Assembly (NCBI GenBank): GCA_963693365.1
Contig: CAVNZM010000012.1
Location: forward strand, 1,364,001-1,428,000
DNA from: Amoebidium appalachense
Taxonomy: Eukaryota; Protista; Ichthyosporea
Length of the DNA stretch: 64,000 bases
Reading direction: 5' to 3'
The translations under genes and the position numbers were made by a program. The notes under the pieces are model-generated. The model made no database searches and was not told the DNA's origin. It saw only the letters and a program-made list of their open reading frames with translations. This document shows positions 62,560 through 64,000 of the stretch, in pieces. Each line of letters opens with the position of its first letter. Position 1 is the first letter of the stretch.

Positions 62560-63959
62560 CTGCCCGAACTTCTCGAAAAACCGAGTCTAGTGTGGACCTG
62601 GCCTGTAGAAAGTGGTTTCAACGACGAATGAATATTTGAGGTGTATTCAACGAAGCATGAGTAGGATTGCCGGGGTGGAAAGGGAGGGGGGGACCCACCA
62701 CAGTCCACGATATTTGAAATAATAAAATAAACCATCTGGTTATTTTGCCGCTCCTACTGACAATAATGTCTAGTGCACGTGTCCCTTCCCTCCCCCCCCC
62801 GCCCTTAAGGATGGACTCTGCTGATTGTGAATTCCATTTATGTGTGGCTTGCACTCTGCATTGTTTGTCCGTTGTGAATGTGTACTTCATACTCTAAGGC
62901 ACATTCCCCCCCCCCCCCCTCCCCCCCCCCCCCCCCCCCCCCTCCCCCAAACCCTCCCTCTCCCCTCTGCACATACTACAGCCATGTGTCAATAGCCTAC
63001 TTGTTTCTCTAACAGTTCGTTTACAGGCTCTTCGGGGGAATTACCTACTTCAGATTTATGACGACGGCCTGCTTGTGCGATTTCCGACTGAAAAAGACGG
63101 AAATTTGGTTTTGGAGCCGTTTGTCGACAGGCCGCGGATGTTTGCGGTTGTAAAGGAAAACGAACAATGGGGTGAGTGAAAAAGCAGAAGCCGATCTTTT
63201 AAATTGAGCCCCCCCCCCCCCCCCCCCCCTCCCCCTACCCCCCCCCATAGTTTTGCTCTTGTGCAAATGTAAGGAACGTGTGAACGTTAGAAGCACTTTT
63301 TCGTTTTTTCTGAGTTCGTTACAAAGCAAATACTGTGATCTTGTTCTGTAGCGAAAATCGTTTCTTGATGTGCTCTTCCCGTACAAACGTGATAATGACA
63401 TGAACCTGTGTGTGCCAAAAATGAATGCGCGAATGATGATGGAAGAGGTAAGGGTTTTTTTTACTGCCCGAAGAACACCACGCTTTTTAGTGTGAAATTT
63501 AGAAAAACGTTTGTAGTTTGAGTTAAGAGAGTAGCTGCTGGGATGTGATACTTTTTGAATGCACCAGATTGCTGATGACCACGCATAGCTCACACATGAT
63601 TGAGAGAAATGGTTCATAACCAAACATGCACAAGGGGTACACAGGGATACACATACACAGGCGGACGGTAGCCTCAAATCCCTAGCATTCATTCATCATT
63701 CTGTCAAACAGTGAACCAATTAACAAGAAGTAAATCAAGAACCAACCTGTATATACTCAATAGTAAACTTAAAAACCAGCAAAAGACAGTCAGCCCTAAA
63801 GCAAAAAGTTAACCCAATTACAAGCAGGAAAATTAGTAACACATACGACATACAGGGAGGCTACTGAACGTAGCCAATATAGCCGATGTCAACCGGCTGG
63901 TCTATACAAAAGAAATGAACGACATGTTGTGGGTGTCGGAGGGCCTGCACGAAAAAAAG
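60210..63959 (+). CDS. ThrRS/AlaRS-like-domain uridine (nucleoside) kinase fusion, partial. Exons 60210-60262 (tentative), 60474-60624, 61150-61295, 62307-62390, 63027-63171, 63856-63959; continues beyond the window
   Basis: The spliced product has KATMGFLCTSAYKE, VVEHSFSDGWFC, TESEIEDM, EDKLGIL, YMDY, YDDGLLVRFP, PRMFAVVKENEQWGRLLNVANIADVN and VSEGLHEKK. This is colinear with the N-terminal half of the long bacterial-type uridine kinases as I recall them. The kinase P-loop is not in the window. The 5' end is unresolved (possible first exon 59309-59332). Confidence 0.75.
61980..62280. repeat. Degenerate (ATACT/ATCAT)-type low-complexity tandem repeat
   Basis: Recurrent atactatcat / atactctcat units, including a direct repeat of ctctcatatactatcacata. 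Confidence 0.75.
62803..62905 (+). mobile_element. Repeat family A, diverged 5'-shortened copy
   Basis: AGGATGGACTCTGCTGATT...TGTGTACTTCATACTC...CATT followed by a C-run, with a C-run upstream as well. Confidence 0.7.
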
Positions 63960-64000
63960 GTTTGTTAAAATAGTAGCCCCCCCCCCCCCCCCCCCCCCCC

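Noticed and set aside
63045-63692. 215-aa minus-strand ORF
   Set aside because: Antisense to a well-supported kinase exon and intron, with no recognisable motif.

Overview
Eukaryotic nuclear DNA with GT-AG introns, CTRAC-type branch points, and introns packed with G/C/A/T homopolymers and (CA)n/(CT)n microsatellites. Gene content suggests a unicellular holozoan such as an ichthyosporean (inference). Almost all entries in the ORF track are repeat artefacts. By manual splicing with phase checks I reconstruct eight genes: COMMD1 (-), an ARID-domain protein (+), alkaline ceramidase ACER3-like (+), two Pho80/Pcl-type cyclins (-), a 16-exon diacylglycerol lipase (-), a putative transcription factor joining a lambda-repressor/HNF1-like HTH to a TCF/ZNF395-type C-clamp (-), and a partial bacterial-type ThrRS-domain/uridine-kinase fusion (+). 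Non-genic features are a ~1.8 kb mosaic NUMT (mitochondrial LSU rRNA plus group II intron domain V), two 5'-truncated copies of a LINE and two short interspersed repeat families. Top leads: (1) retroelements that end in AAA-CCCCC rather than poly(A) and may seed or target the poly-C/G tracts; (2) the HTH + C-clamp protein; (3) an identical 29-nt element at both cyclin loci; (4) a 26-bp hairpin split by a LINE insertion; (5) tandemly duplicated splice acceptors. All family assignments come from recalled motif similarity; no database searches were run.
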